Assembly (NCBI GenBank): GCA_965205655.1
Contig: CBDBIJ010000114.1
Location: 1 to 46,020 of the forward strand
Source: Candidatus Latescibacterota bacterium
GTDB taxonomy: Bacteria > Latescibacterota > UBA2968 > UBA8231
Length of the DNA: 46,020 nucleotides
Reading direction: 5' to 3'
The notes below the pieces were generated by a model. It was not told where the DNA came from and ran no database searches. It saw only the letters and a list, made by a program, of their open reading frames with translations. Made by a program: the position numbers and the translations under genes. Positions 19,807 to 28,791 of the stretch are shown piece by piece. The first letter of the stretch is position 1. Each line of letters opens with the position of its first letter.

Positions 19807-20061
19807 ATGGATCTCGAGGGCTGGCGAGCCCGAATCGACACAGTGGATCGAAGCCTGGTCGATCTGCTCAACGAACGGATGGAATACTGCCTGGAGATCG
19901 GCAAGATCAAACGAGGTGAGGGCCGGCAAGTCCAAGACGAAGAGCGAGAGAGAGAAGTGGTTGAGAGGCTTTCGGCGTACAACGCGGGCCCCATAGGCGA
20001 TGACGCGATCGCGGATATCTTCACGCGCATCATGGCTGAGGCCCGGGCGTTGGAGAGTTGA
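19807..20061 (+). CDS. Monofunctional chorismate mutase (AroQ class, CM_2)
   Basis: LEGWRARIDTVDRSLVDLLNER, IGKIK, D.ERE..V. Confidence 0.88.
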   Translation: MDLEGWRARIDTVDRSLVDLLNERMEYCLEIGKIKRGEGRQVQDEEREREVVERLSAYNAGPIGDDAIADIFTRIMAEARALES

Positions 20062-21176
20062 GGGAGGACAAGGCATTCTTTGAGCGCGTCGCCATAGTCG
20101 GCGTCGGCCTGATCGGCGGGTCTCTGGGCCTGGCACTCAAACGCACCGGCTTCAAGGGCCAGGTCGTAGGAGTGAGCCGGACAGAAACGATAGAGACCGC
20201 CCTCGCCATGGGGGTGGTGGACGACGGATATCCGTACGAGAAGTTGGGTGAGGGCGTGGGGCATGCCGACCTCATCGTCATCTGTACGCCCATTCAACGA
20301 ATAATCGAGCTCTTGCCCGGCGTCGTGCGGGATGCCCCGGCGGGCGCGCTCGTGACTGACGTGGGCAGCACGAAACGGACGATCATCGGTGCGGCCGAGG
20401 GCTGCGCCCGAGAGGACGTGCACTTTCTGGGCGGTCATCCGATGGCGGGGTCGGAAAAGTCTGGCGTCACTGCTGCCGACCCCTTCCTGTTCCAGAACGC
20501 CTATTACATCGTCGTCTCGGACCGACCAGTGCCGGCGCCACTGTACGGCAGGTTCACCGATCTGCTCACCCAGATCGGCGCCAAGGTCGTGGAGCTGTCC
20601 GCGGAGGCCCACGACCAAGTGGTTGCCGCCATCTCTCACTTGCCGCAGATGATGGCCACGTCACTGGTGGAAATGGTCGGCAGGAGCGATGAAAGAGGCA
20701 GCGCCGGGCACTTTCTGGCCCTGGCAGCTGGTGGTTTCAGAGATATGACGCGAATCGCCTCGAGCCCGTTCGCGCCGGTGTGGGCGGACATCTGCGCCAC
20801 GAATGCCGACCAGATTCGCGGCATGATTGACAGCTACGTAAAGGTGCTTCTCGAGGTCAAAGGGCGGATCGGTGACGAAAGTCTCAACGACGACTTCGCC
20901 TACGCCAACGAGGTACGCGGTCGTATTCCGCGCGACATGAAAGGGTTCATCAACCCGCTGTTCGAGCTGCTGGTGGTGGCCGAGGACAAACCGGGGGTGG
21001 TCGCCGAGATCGCCGTTACGCTCTCGAAGGAAGGCATCAACATCAACGATATCGAGATCGTGAAAGTGCGCGAGGGGGAAGGCGGTACGATGCGCCTCGG
21101 TTTCGACAGCAGCGAGGCTGCTGATCGCTCCCTCGCCCTCCTGAAAGAGCTCGGATACCAGGCTCGGAAGCCGTGA
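20058..21176 (+). CDS. tyrA: Prephenate dehydrogenase with C-terminal ACT domain
   Basis: GVGLIGGS, TDVGSTK, GGHPMAGSE, HD..VAAISHLP, GGFRDMTRIA; ACT domain EDKPGVVA...ININDIEI. Confidence 0.93.
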   Translation: MREDKAFFERVAIVGVGLIGGSLGLALKRTGFKGQVVGVSRTETIETALAMGVVDDGYPYEKLGEGVGHADLIVICTPIQRIIELLPGVVRDAPAGALVTDVGSTKRTIIGAAEGCAREDVHFLGGHPMAGSEKSGVTAADPFLFQNAYYIVVSDRPVPAPLYGRFTDLLTQIGAKVVELSAEAHDQVVAAISHLPQMMATSLVEMVGRSDERGSAGHFLALAAGGFRDMTRIASSPFAPVWADICATNADQIRGMIDSYVKVLLEVKGRIGDESLNDDFAYANEVRGRIPRDMKGFINPLFELLVVAEDKPGVVAEIAVTLSKEGININDIEIVKVREGEGGTMRLGFDSSEAADRSLALLKELGYQARKP

Positions 21177-21186
21177 CATTGAGGGC

Positions 21187-22485
21187 GTGATGCAGGAGAC
21201 GGTAACCGCGGCCACAGCATTTTCCGGCGAGGTGTGTCTACCGGGCGAGTTGGAAGCGGCGACATCGACTCTGGCGCTGGCGAGTCTGGCTGAAGGCGAG
21301 AGTCGGATCCGCAACGTTCCGCCAACCATCGACCCGCTCGTCGACACGCTGCGCCGGCTCGGAGGTCGGCTCGAACGCACGGACTCGGAAGTGATCGTGG
21401 AGGGGAGGGGGTTGAAGGGTTTCGAGCAGTCGGACGAGGTGGTGGAGCTTGCGGGTGCGCACGGGGCTGCATCCGTCGTCATCGCCGGATTGGCGGGACG
21501 GGGAGGCAGGTGGCGGGTACGGGCAGGAAGCAACGGCGAAGGATGCGCCGCAACGTTGAGGCTCCTCTCGTTGATGGGGGTGGAGAGCACAAAGAGCGGG
21601 GACGGTGTCTTTACCATCGAAGGACCCGCTGAGATGATGGCCGCGACGATCGAAGAGGACGCGCGCGAGCGCGGGCTCGACGCCGCGACGGAGCTCGCCC
21701 TGCTCGTGGCGGGCCTCTACGGAGTGGGGCGGACGACGGTTCCCTCGCCGACCCGGAAACTCGACCGCGCAGATCACCAACTCGGCGCTTGGGGCGTGGA
21801 GTTGACCGGCAGCAAAGACGAGCGAGGGAGGCGGGTAGTGACCGTCGAGGCGGGACAGCAGATGCGAGGGCGGGAGGTGGAGTTGAGCGGTGATCTAAGC
21901 CTCGCCTCCCCGCTGTTGACGGCCGCGGTCTCCATCAAGAGATCGAAGGTGCGGATTCGAAACGTCGTCGTGCGCCCCGAGAGCAGAGCCTTTCTCGACC
22001 TGGTGCGCCAGGTCGGCGGTCAGGTCGAAATCGATGCAGACGAGGCGGGCGCCACCGACCTGGCGATAGAGGGGTCGGCACAACTGAAGGCGACCCGGGT
22101 CGCCGACAAACGGGCGGAGCGCCTGCTGGGCGATGTGGCGCTCCTCGCAGTGCTGGGGACGCAGGCGCAAGGAGAGTTTCTCATACGGGACATCGAGCAA
22201 CTTCGACAGGGCGAGTACGACTACGTGGCCCACCTGGCGGAGACGTTGCGCCTGCTCGAGGCCAAGGTGGGCGAATTTCCCGAAGGGATCATCATCGACG
22301 GCGGCACTCTGCTGCAGGGCGCCAGCGTCGACGCGAGAGGGGATGCAGCCTTGGCACAGGCTCTCGCCGTAGCAGGCCTGCTGGCCCACGGCGAGACCCA
22401 TATCGAAGGTGCGGAAGCGGCAGAGGAGACCTTTCCCGGGTTCTTCGACGTGCTGACGTCCTTGAAGGAAAGGAAGAAGAAATGA
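21187..22485 (+). CDS. EPSP synthase (AroA)-fold protein with degenerate active site
   Basis: Collinear with class II AroA scaffold motifs (IVEGRGLKG, LLVAGL, GDLS, TQAQG, TFPGFF) over the full length, but the catalytic motifs are substituted. Confidence 0.8.
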   Translation: MMQETVTAATAFSGEVCLPGELEAATSTLALASLAEGESRIRNVPPTIDPLVDTLRRLGGRLERTDSEVIVEGRGLKGFEQSDEVVELAGAHGAASVVIAGLAGRGGRWRVRAGSNGEGCAATLRLLSLMGVESTKSGDGVFTIEGPAEMMAATIEEDARERGLDAATELALLVAGLYGVGRTTVPSPTRKLDRADHQLGAWGVELTGSKDERGRRVVTVEAGQQMRGREVELSGDLSLASPLLTAAVSIKRSKVRIRNVVVRPESRAFLDLVRQVGGQVEIDADEAGATDLAIEGSAQLKATRVADKRAERLLGDVALLAVLGTQAQGEFLIRDIEQLRQGEYDYVAHLAETLRLLEAKVGEFPEGIIIDGGTLLQGASVDARGDAALAQALAVAGLLAHGETHIEGAEAAEETFPGFFDVLTSLKERKKK

Positions 22486-22622
22486 AAGGGTTCCTGCGAT
22501 TGTTCGCGATGGTGTCGGTCGTGTTCGGCGGCGGCGTCGTGCTCATCAAGCTCGTCTACGGGGTATCGTGGAGCGAGAGCCTGGAGATCGCCGACCAATT
22601 CGTCGAGGACCTGCTCGGTTGA
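22482..22622 (+). CDS. Small 46-aa hypothetical single-pass membrane protein
   Basis: MKGFLRLFAMVSVVFGGGVVLIKLVYGVSWSESLEIADQFVEDLLG*. ATGA overlap with the aroA-like stop, TTGA overlap with the aroE start, purine-rich SD upstream. Confidence 0.65.
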   Translation: MKGFLRLFAMVSVVFGGGVVLIKLVYGVSWSESLEIADQFVEDLLG

Positions 22623-23461
22623 TATCGGCCGCGACCGGCGTGCTCGGCGTCATCGGACACCCGGTGCGTCACAGCGCCTCGCCGGCGATGCACAACGCCG
22701 CCCTGGAGTCGACCGGTCTCGACTACGCCTACGTCGCCTTCGACGTTCCTCCCGGGCGGATCGATGAGGTGGCACCGGCCGTGCGTGCCCTCGGCATCGC
22801 CGGACTGAATGTGACCGTGCCCCACAAACGCGCAATCATGAGCGGACTTGACAACATCTCCGACGAGGCGGCGGCCATCGGCGCGGTCAACACGATCGCC
22901 AATGAGAGCGACGCGCTCACCGGCTACAACACCGATGCGCACGGCGTGATGGCCAGCCTGAAGCGAGATGGCGGCCTCAACACCCTGCCGGCGCACGCCG
23001 TCCTGCTCGGCGCCGGCGGAGCAGCGCGCGCCATCGCCTACGCTCTCGTGAACCGTCCCGAAGTAGAGCGGATCTCGCTGCTCAACCGCACCATCGGCAA
23101 CGCCGAAGAGCTGGCCTCGGCCATGGACCCGGGCGGGACCAAAGTTGTTGTGGGCGAGCTGGGTGAATCGCCGGATCGGATCGGCGAAGCCGGCCTCCTC
23201 ATCAACGCCACGTCCATGGGGATGGAACCCGATCACGAACGCTCTCCAGTCGGAGACGCGACGTGTCTGCACGACGCGCTCGTCGTCCTCGACATCGTCT
23301 ACAAACCTCTGAAAACGAAGCTCCTGCAGCAGGCGGAGTCGGCCGGGGCGCGTTGCCTGGACGGTCTCGGCATGCTCGTCCATCAGGGGGCCAAGTCCTT
23401 CGAGATCTGGACAGGCGAAGTGGCGCCTGTGGATGTGATGCGACGGGCCCTGGTAACGTGA
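22619..23461 (+). CDS. aroE: Shikimate dehydrogenase
   Basis: GHPVRHSASPAMHN, NVTVPHK, GAVNT, NTD, GAGGAA, NATSMGM, GLGMLVHQG; TTG start at 22619. Confidence 0.95.
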   Translation: MISAATGVLGVIGHPVRHSASPAMHNAALESTGLDYAYVAFDVPPGRIDEVAPAVRALGIAGLNVTVPHKRAIMSGLDNISDEAAAIGAVNTIANESDALTGYNTDAHGVMASLKRDGGLNTLPAHAVLLGAGGAARAIAYALVNRPEVERISLLNRTIGNAEELASAMDPGGTKVVVGELGESPDRIGEAGLLINATSMGMEPDHERSPVGDATCLHDALVVLDIVYKPLKTKLLQQAESAGARCLDGLGMLVHQGAKSFEIWTGEVAPVDVMRRALVT

Positions 23462-23468
23462 CTGTCGT

Positions 23469-25181
23469 ATGAACCCTTTTGTCGAAGAGATCGTGGAGAA
23501 GACGGCCGCCGCCGCCGAGCTCGAGGCAGAGGCAGTGCGGGAGCTTCTCGCTGTACCGCCGAACGAAGGCATGGGGGACTACGCCATTCCCTGCTTCACG
23601 CTGGCGAAGCAACTGCGCAAAAGTCCCGTCGACATCGCCAGCGATCTTGCGCGCAGCATCAAACCGCGCGCCGACGAGAGCGAGCGCATCGCCAAGGTCG
23701 AGGCGGCCGGCCCGTACGTGAACTTCACCCTGAACAGGACCAGCTTCATCGAGCACACCCTGAGGCAGATCGTCGCCGAGCAGGATCGCTACGGTTCGCG
23801 AGATCAGGGGCTCGGCAAGACCATGGCCATCGACTTCTCGTCGCCGAACCTGGCCAGGCCTTTCAGCATCGCTCATTTGCGCTCCACGGCCATCGGCAAC
23901 GCCATCTACAAGATCCACGAATTCCTCGGATGGAACTGCGTCGGCATCAACCATCTGGGGGACTACGGCGCCAACTTCGGGCAGCTATTGGCGGCCTACG
24001 GCATGTGGGCTGATCCAGAAAAAGTGAAGGCGAACCCGGTAGAAGAGCTGCTCGCCCTCTATGTCCGCTTCAACAAAAAGGTCGAGTCGGAGCCGAAGCT
24101 CAAAGACGAGGCGCGGCAATGTCTGCAACGTCTTGTCGCCGGCGAAGAAGAGATGGTAACCCTGTGGCAATTTTTCGTGGACGAAGGCCGCAAGGAGGCC
24201 GAGCGGATCTACAAGATTATCGGCGTGTCCTTCGACGTCACCCGCGGCGAGAGCTTCTACGCCGACAAACTCGACGATGTGATAGCGGCATTCGACGAGG
24301 CGGGACTGGCGAAGGAGAGCGATGGCGCGCTCATCATCGCGCTGGATGAGTTCGACATGGCGCCGTGCATTCTGCGCACGAGCAACGGCACGAGCACCTA
24401 CCACAGCCGCGACTTCGCAGCGCTCTTTCACCGCTATGAGCAGTACGAGTTCGACAAGATGGTCTACGTTACCGACATGAGGCAGGCGCTTCACTTCCGC
24501 CAGCTGTTCAAGTCTATAGAGCTGATGGGCGCAGACTGGATCAGTCGTTGCGAGCACGCCCCCTTCGGCATGATGAGCTTCAAGGGGGCGGCCATGGCCT
24601 CGAGAAAGGGGAACATCATCTTCCTCGAAGAGGTGCTCGACCAGGCGATCGAGTTGACGACGCAGATCATCGCGGAGAAAAACCCGCAGCTCGCCGACAA
24701 GATAGACGTGGCAGAGCAGGTGGGCATCAGCGCCGTCGTCTTCGCCGACATCAGCAACAGACGGACGAGAGATATCGTCTTCAATCTGGAGGAAGTGCTC
24801 AACTTCGACGGAGAAACGGGCCCCTATGTACAGTACACCCACGCCCGGTTCTGCAGCATTCTGCGCAAGTTCGGCAAGCCGGTCGCGACCGACGCGGATT
24901 TGAGCAGGCTCGGCGAGGAAGCGGAGATGCGGGTAGCGAGGGTACTCTCCGAGTTCCCCGCCGTCGTCGACCAGGCCTGCCGGGAGAACGAGCCGTCGCA
25001 CGTGGCCAGCTTTTTACTCGACTTGGCCGCCGCGTCGAATAAGCTGTACAACGAGCTGCCGGTGATTGTCAGCGATCAGGGAAAGTTGACCGAGGCGAGG
25101 ATCTGTCTGGTGGACGGCGTCAGACGGATCTTGGGGACGGGTCTGAGGTTGCTCGGGATGGCGGCGCCCGAGGAGATGTGA
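23469..25181 (+). CDS. argS: Arginyl-tRNA synthetase
   Basis: GPYVNF, DFSSPN, HLRSTAIG, NHLGDYG, MASRKG, GETGPYVQYTHAR, APEEM C-terminus. Confidence 0.96.
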   Translation: MNPFVEEIVEKTAAAAELEAEAVRELLAVPPNEGMGDYAIPCFTLAKQLRKSPVDIASDLARSIKPRADESERIAKVEAAGPYVNFTLNRTSFIEHTLRQIVAEQDRYGSRDQGLGKTMAIDFSSPNLARPFSIAHLRSTAIGNAIYKIHEFLGWNCVGINHLGDYGANFGQLLAAYGMWADPEKVKANPVEELLALYVRFNKKVESEPKLKDEARQCLQRLVAGEEEMVTLWQFFVDEGRKEAERIYKIIGVSFDVTRGESFYADKLDDVIAAFDEAGLAKESDGALIIALDEFDMAPCILRTSNGTSTYHSRDFAALFHRYEQYEFDKMVYVTDMRQALHFRQLFKSIELMGADWISRCEHAPFGMMSFKGAAMASRKGNIIFLEEVLDQAIELTTQIIAEKNPQLADKIDVAEQVGISAVVFADISNRRTRDIVFNLEEVLNFDGETGPYVQYTHARFCSILRKFGKPVATDADLSRLGEEAEMRVARVLSEFPAVVDQACRENEPSHVASFLLDLAAASNKLYNELPVIVSDQGKLTEARICLVDGVRRILGTGLRLLGMAAPEEM

Positions 25182-25381
25182 TGGACGCCATGGCGACGTC
25201 GGCGAAGCTCGTCTGCGACACCTGCGGCAAGGAAGCGGCGACCCTGCGGCGTGACGTCGTGGACGAAGGCTACAATGCGATGACAAAACCGGCCCTGTGG
25301 AATTGCGAGGAGTGTTATCGCGAGAAGCGGGCGAGGCGCCTGGCCGACGAATCCTCGTCCGGGGAAGATACGCAGCCGTGA
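25178..25381 (+). CDS. Small hypothetical protein with two CxxC motifs (putative Zn-binding)
   Basis: CDTC...CEEC. It fills the gap between argS and aroK and overlaps both. Confidence 0.65.
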   Translation: MMDAMATSAKLVCDTCGKEAATLRRDVVDEGYNAMTKPALWNCEECYREKRARRLADESSSGEDTQP

Positions 25382-25926
25382 CCGGCAGGCCGATTTTTCT
25401 CACCGGCTTCATGGCCACAGGCAAGAGCAAGATCGGTAAACTCATGGCGCAACGGTTGAGGCGTCAATTCGTCGATACGGACGAACTGATTCAGGACCGC
25501 CAGGGAAGGACGATCGCGGAGATCTTCGACACGGAGGGCGAGGAGGTGTTCCGGCAGCTGGAATACGAATGCGTGGTCGAGGTGAGCCGGCGGGAGCGGA
25601 TCGTCATCGCCCTCGGGGGTGGCGCCATCACCCAAGAGCGAAACCGGGAGGCTGTTCGAGCGGCGGGAGGCGTGCTCGTGTGCCTGGAGGCGGACCTGGA
25701 CACCATCCTGGAACGGGTGAGCCGCAGGGAGACGCGACCACTGCTCAGTGGTTTGAACGAAGAGGAGAGAAGGGACAAGATTGGGCGAATGCTGGCCGAG
25801 CGGGCACCACACTACGCCACGGCCGACATCGCCATTCGCTCGACGGAAAACTCGACGCCGGAAAGCACCGCAACAGAGTTGCTCGAAGAGATAGAGAGGT
25901 GGGAGAAGTGCGAACCGTCGAGTTGA
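25378..25926 (+). CDS. aroK: Shikimate kinase
   Basis: GFMATGKSKIG, DTD, GEEVFR, LGGG, RPLL, ERAPHY; GTG start at 25378. Confidence 0.95.
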   Translation: MTGRPIFLTGFMATGKSKIGKLMAQRLRRQFVDTDELIQDRQGRTIAEIFDTEGEEVFRQLEYECVVEVSRRERIVIALGGGAITQERNREAVRAAGGVLVCLEADLDTILERVSRRETRPLLSGLNEEERRDKIGRMLAERAPHYATADIAIRSTENSTPESTATELLEEIERWEKCEPSS

Positions 25927-27011
25927 CTCTGGGTCGCGACAGGTGTTGCCCCATTCATATGGGTCACGGAATCCTGGATAAGCTCGGTGATCACTGTCGC
26001 CAGCTCGGGCTCGGACGCCGCGTCGCCGTGATCGGCGACGAGGCGATCGCCGACACCCACCTGGCAGTCGCCGTGAGCAGTTTGAGAGACGCCGACTTCG
26101 AGATCGCAGAGGAGGTATCCTTCGGCGGCGGAGATGCCGCCAAGAATCTGACCACGGCCGAAGGAATCTACGGCCGGCTCATCGGCGCCGAACTGGACCG
26201 CGGCAGCTGGATCGCCGCCGTCGGTGGCGGGGTGGTCGGGGATCTCGGAGGGTTCGTGGCGGCGACCTTCCTGCGGGGCGTGGACTGCGTTCAGGTGCCG
26301 ACGACGATCGCGGCTCAGGTGGACGCCAGCATCGGCGGCAAGACCGGCGTCAATCACTCTCTGGGGAAAAACACGATCGGCGCCTTTCACCAGCCGCGAA
26401 TGGTCTACGCCGATACCGACACCTTGCGCACACTGCCCCATCGCGAACGCGTCGCCGGCATGGCCGAAGTGGTAAAGCACGGAGTCATCCGGGACGCCGA
26501 GCTGTTCACATTCGTGGAAGAGAATCTGGACGCGATCATGGAGATGGAGATCGGCGCCGACGACCTCGATTGGCTGATCGGACGCAACGTGGAGATCAAG
26601 ACGTCTGTCGTGGCCTCCGACGAAACCGAAGGTGGACTGCGGGCGATCCTCAACTACGGCCACACGATCGGCCACGCCATCGAGGCGGCGACGGCATACG
26701 AGAGGTATCGCCACGGAGAAGCGGTCATTCTCGGGATGGTGGCGGCCGGCCAGATCGCCCTGACCACGGGTCGCTGGCCCGAAGCGGAACGGGCACGCCA
26801 GGATGGGCTGCTCAAACGCGTGGGAATTCCAGGCGGGATCGACAAGGTGAGCGAGGATCGTATCGTCGAGTGCACGAAGGCGGACAAGAAACGGATCGAC
26901 GGTAAGCCGCGATTCGTGTTAGCGAGGCGCATCGGCCAGGTAGAGATCGCCGATGACATCGACGAGAAGGCGGTGCGCGCCGCGATCAACTACATACAGG
27001 AACAGTACTGA
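25908..27011 (+). CDS. aroB: 3-dehydroquinate synthase
   Basis: GGGVVGDLGGF, PTT..AQVDASIGGKTG, KN.IGAFHQP, LNYGHTIGHAIE, HGEAV, DKK; GTG start at 25908. Confidence 0.96.
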   Translation: MRTVELTLGRDRCCPIHMGHGILDKLGDHCRQLGLGRRVAVIGDEAIADTHLAVAVSSLRDADFEIAEEVSFGGGDAAKNLTTAEGIYGRLIGAELDRGSWIAAVGGGVVGDLGGFVAATFLRGVDCVQVPTTIAAQVDASIGGKTGVNHSLGKNTIGAFHQPRMVYADTDTLRTLPHRERVAGMAEVVKHGVIRDAELFTFVEENLDAIMEMEIGADDLDWLIGRNVEIKTSVVASDETEGGLRAILNYGHTIGHAIEAATAYERYRHGEAVILGMVAAGQIALTTGRWPEAERARQDGLLKRVGIPGGIDKVSEDRIVECTKADKKRIDGKPRFVLARRIGQVEIADDIDEKAVRAAINYIQEQY

Positions 27012-27036
27012 CGATGATGGTCGCGGGGACCATACC

Positions 27037-28431
27037 ATGACGAGAAGGAGCAAGCACAGAATCCACCTGGTCAGCCTCGGCTGCCCGAAGAATCTGGTGG
27101 ACTCCGAGCGCATGCTCTCACTGGTCGGGGGCCACGATTACGAAGTTACCGCGGATCCCGAAGACGCCGACGTCGTCATCGTCAACACCTGCGGGTTCAT
27201 CGGTCCGGCCAAGGAGGAATCCATCGATGCCGTGATGGAGGCCGACCGGCTGCGCCGGGACGGGGGAAAATGTAAAGGCATCATCGTCACGGGCTGCCTG
27301 GCGCAACGCTACGAGAAAGAGCTGAAGAGCGAGCTGCCGGAGGCGGACCTGATTTTGAACCTGAGCCAGGAGCGGGAGATTGTCCGTCACATCGACGAGC
27401 TCCTCGGCCGCACCAGGGCTACCTACCTGGACAGCATCCCGCGGGTGACGATGACGCCGGACCACTGGGCTTATCTGCGCATCTCGGATGGCTGCGACCA
27501 CAAGTGCGCTTTTTGCGCCATCCCTCTCATCAAGGGAAGGAACAAGAGCGAGCCGATCGAGGTGCTCGTGGCTGAGGCCGAGCATCTGGCGACAGCGGGC
27601 GTGCGCGAATTCGTCCTCGTGGCGCAGGACTCGTTGCGCTACGGCAAGGATCTCTACGGCGAGATCAGGCTCGTGCCACTGCTCGAAAAGCTGGCGGCGG
27701 TGGAGGGCATTCAATGGGTGCGACTGATGTACACCTACCCCGCGTTTTGGAGCGACGAACTGCTTGAGTTTTACGCCGACTCCGATAAAATGTGTCGCTA
27801 TGTCGACATGCCACTACAGCATATTGCCGACCCGGTTCTAGTACGGATGAAGCGGGCGACGACGAAGAAGCGCACCCTCGACCTGCTGGATCGTCTCCGA
27901 AAGCTCATGCCGGGTGTCGGCCTGCGTTCATCGTTCATCGTGGGGTTTCCGGGCGAGACCGAGGCCTTGTTCGAGGAGCTCCTCCACTTCGTCGAGGACA
28001 CGCGCTTCGACACGGCGACCTGCTTCATGTACTCACCTGAGGACGGCACGGCAGCCTCTGAGCTTGACGCTCCCGTCAGCGCGTCGATTACGGCGGAGCG
28101 ATTCAGGCGGCTGACGGAATTACAAGATCGCATATCGACGGAGATCAACGACGGGCTCGTAGGCACGCTCCAGACCGTCCTCGTGGACGGGCCGGCAACA
28201 GCCGGCCGGCCGGCAGAAGCCGGCGAGGGCGGCCGCGGCGATACAACTCTTCCCGGCTACTGGGGTCGCATGGAGCGCGACGCCCCCGAGATCGACGGTC
28301 AGGTATTTCTCGAAGCGGCAGAAGCCGGCGAGGGCGGCAACGAGCTGGGTCCAGGCCGATTTACGGAAGCGGAGATAACCGGTGCCACGTCGTACGAACT
28401 GACTGCCAGGTCCACTGGAAAGATCTGGTGA
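27037..28431 (+). CDS. rimO: Ribosomal protein S12 methylthiotransferase (radical SAM)
   Basis: SLGCPKNLVDSE, NTCGFI, GCLAQRY, CDHKCAFC, IVGFPGET, DAPEIDG. Confidence 0.95.
   Translation: MTRRSKHRIHLVSLGCPKNLVDSERMLSLVGGHDYEVTADPEDADVVIVNTCGFIGPAKEESIDAVMEADRLRRDGGKCKGIIVTGCLAQRYEKELKSELPEADLILNLSQEREIVRHIDELLGRTRATYLDSIPRVTMTPDHWAYLRISDGCDHKCAFCAIPLIKGRNKSEPIEVLVAEAEHLATAGVREFVLVAQDSLRYGKDLYGEIRLVPLLEKLAAVEGIQWVRLMYTYPAFWSDELLEFYADSDKMCRYVDMPLQHIADPVLVRMKRATTKKRTLDLLDRLRKLMPGVGLRSSFIVGFPGETEALFEELLHFVEDTRFDTATCFMYSPEDGTAASELDAPVSASITAERFRRLTELQDRISTEINDGLVGTLQTVLVDGPATAGRPAEAGEGGRGDTTLPGYWGRMERDAPEIDGQVFLEAAEAGEGGNELGPGRFTEAEITGATSYELTARSTGKIW
28211..28338 (+). repeat. 23-bp exact direct repeat inside the rimO TRAM domain
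   Basis: CGGCAGAAGCCGGCGAGGGCGGC at 28211-28233 and 28316-28338, both encoding AEAGEGG. Confidence 0.85.
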
Positions 28432-28461
28432 GGCGGCACTAGCAACCGGGCGAGGAGTGAG

Positions 28462-28791
28462 TTGAGGAAAATCCGGCCGCAAAACATCGAGCTGGCGCCG
28501 ACGGAGCTGATTATCGAATGGCGCGACGGACAGTGTAGCCGGCATGAGCTGGAGACACTGCGTCGCAACTGTCCCTGCGCGACGTGCCGGCAAGCCCGCA
28601 ACGCAGGTGATGCACCCGCCCCGACAGGCGAGTTGCCGCTCCTGACGGGCGAGGCATCCACGGCAACCTCCAGCGCCGTCGGCTTCGAGCGCGTCGGTCG
28701 CTACGGCATCCGCATCAACTGGTCAGACGGCCACGATGCGGGAATCTATACGTTCGATGCTTTTCGAGACCTCGTCGAGGGGGGCGAGTAG
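28462..28791 (+). CDS. DUF971 / gamma-butyrobetaine hydroxylase N-terminal-like protein
   Basis: IEWRDG, LRRNCPCATC, VGRYGIRINWSDGHDAGIYTF. Confidence 0.88.
   Translation: MRKIRPQNIELAPTELIIEWRDGQCSRHELETLRRNCPCATCRQARNAGDAPAPTGELPLLTGEASTATSSAVGFERVGRYGIRINWSDGHDAGIYTFDAFRDLVEGGE

Noticed and set aside
28746..28791. 46-nt convergent overlap between the DUF971 and BatA genes
   Set aside because: The overlap is a low-complexity C-terminal tail. Short convergent overlaps are common and imply no function.
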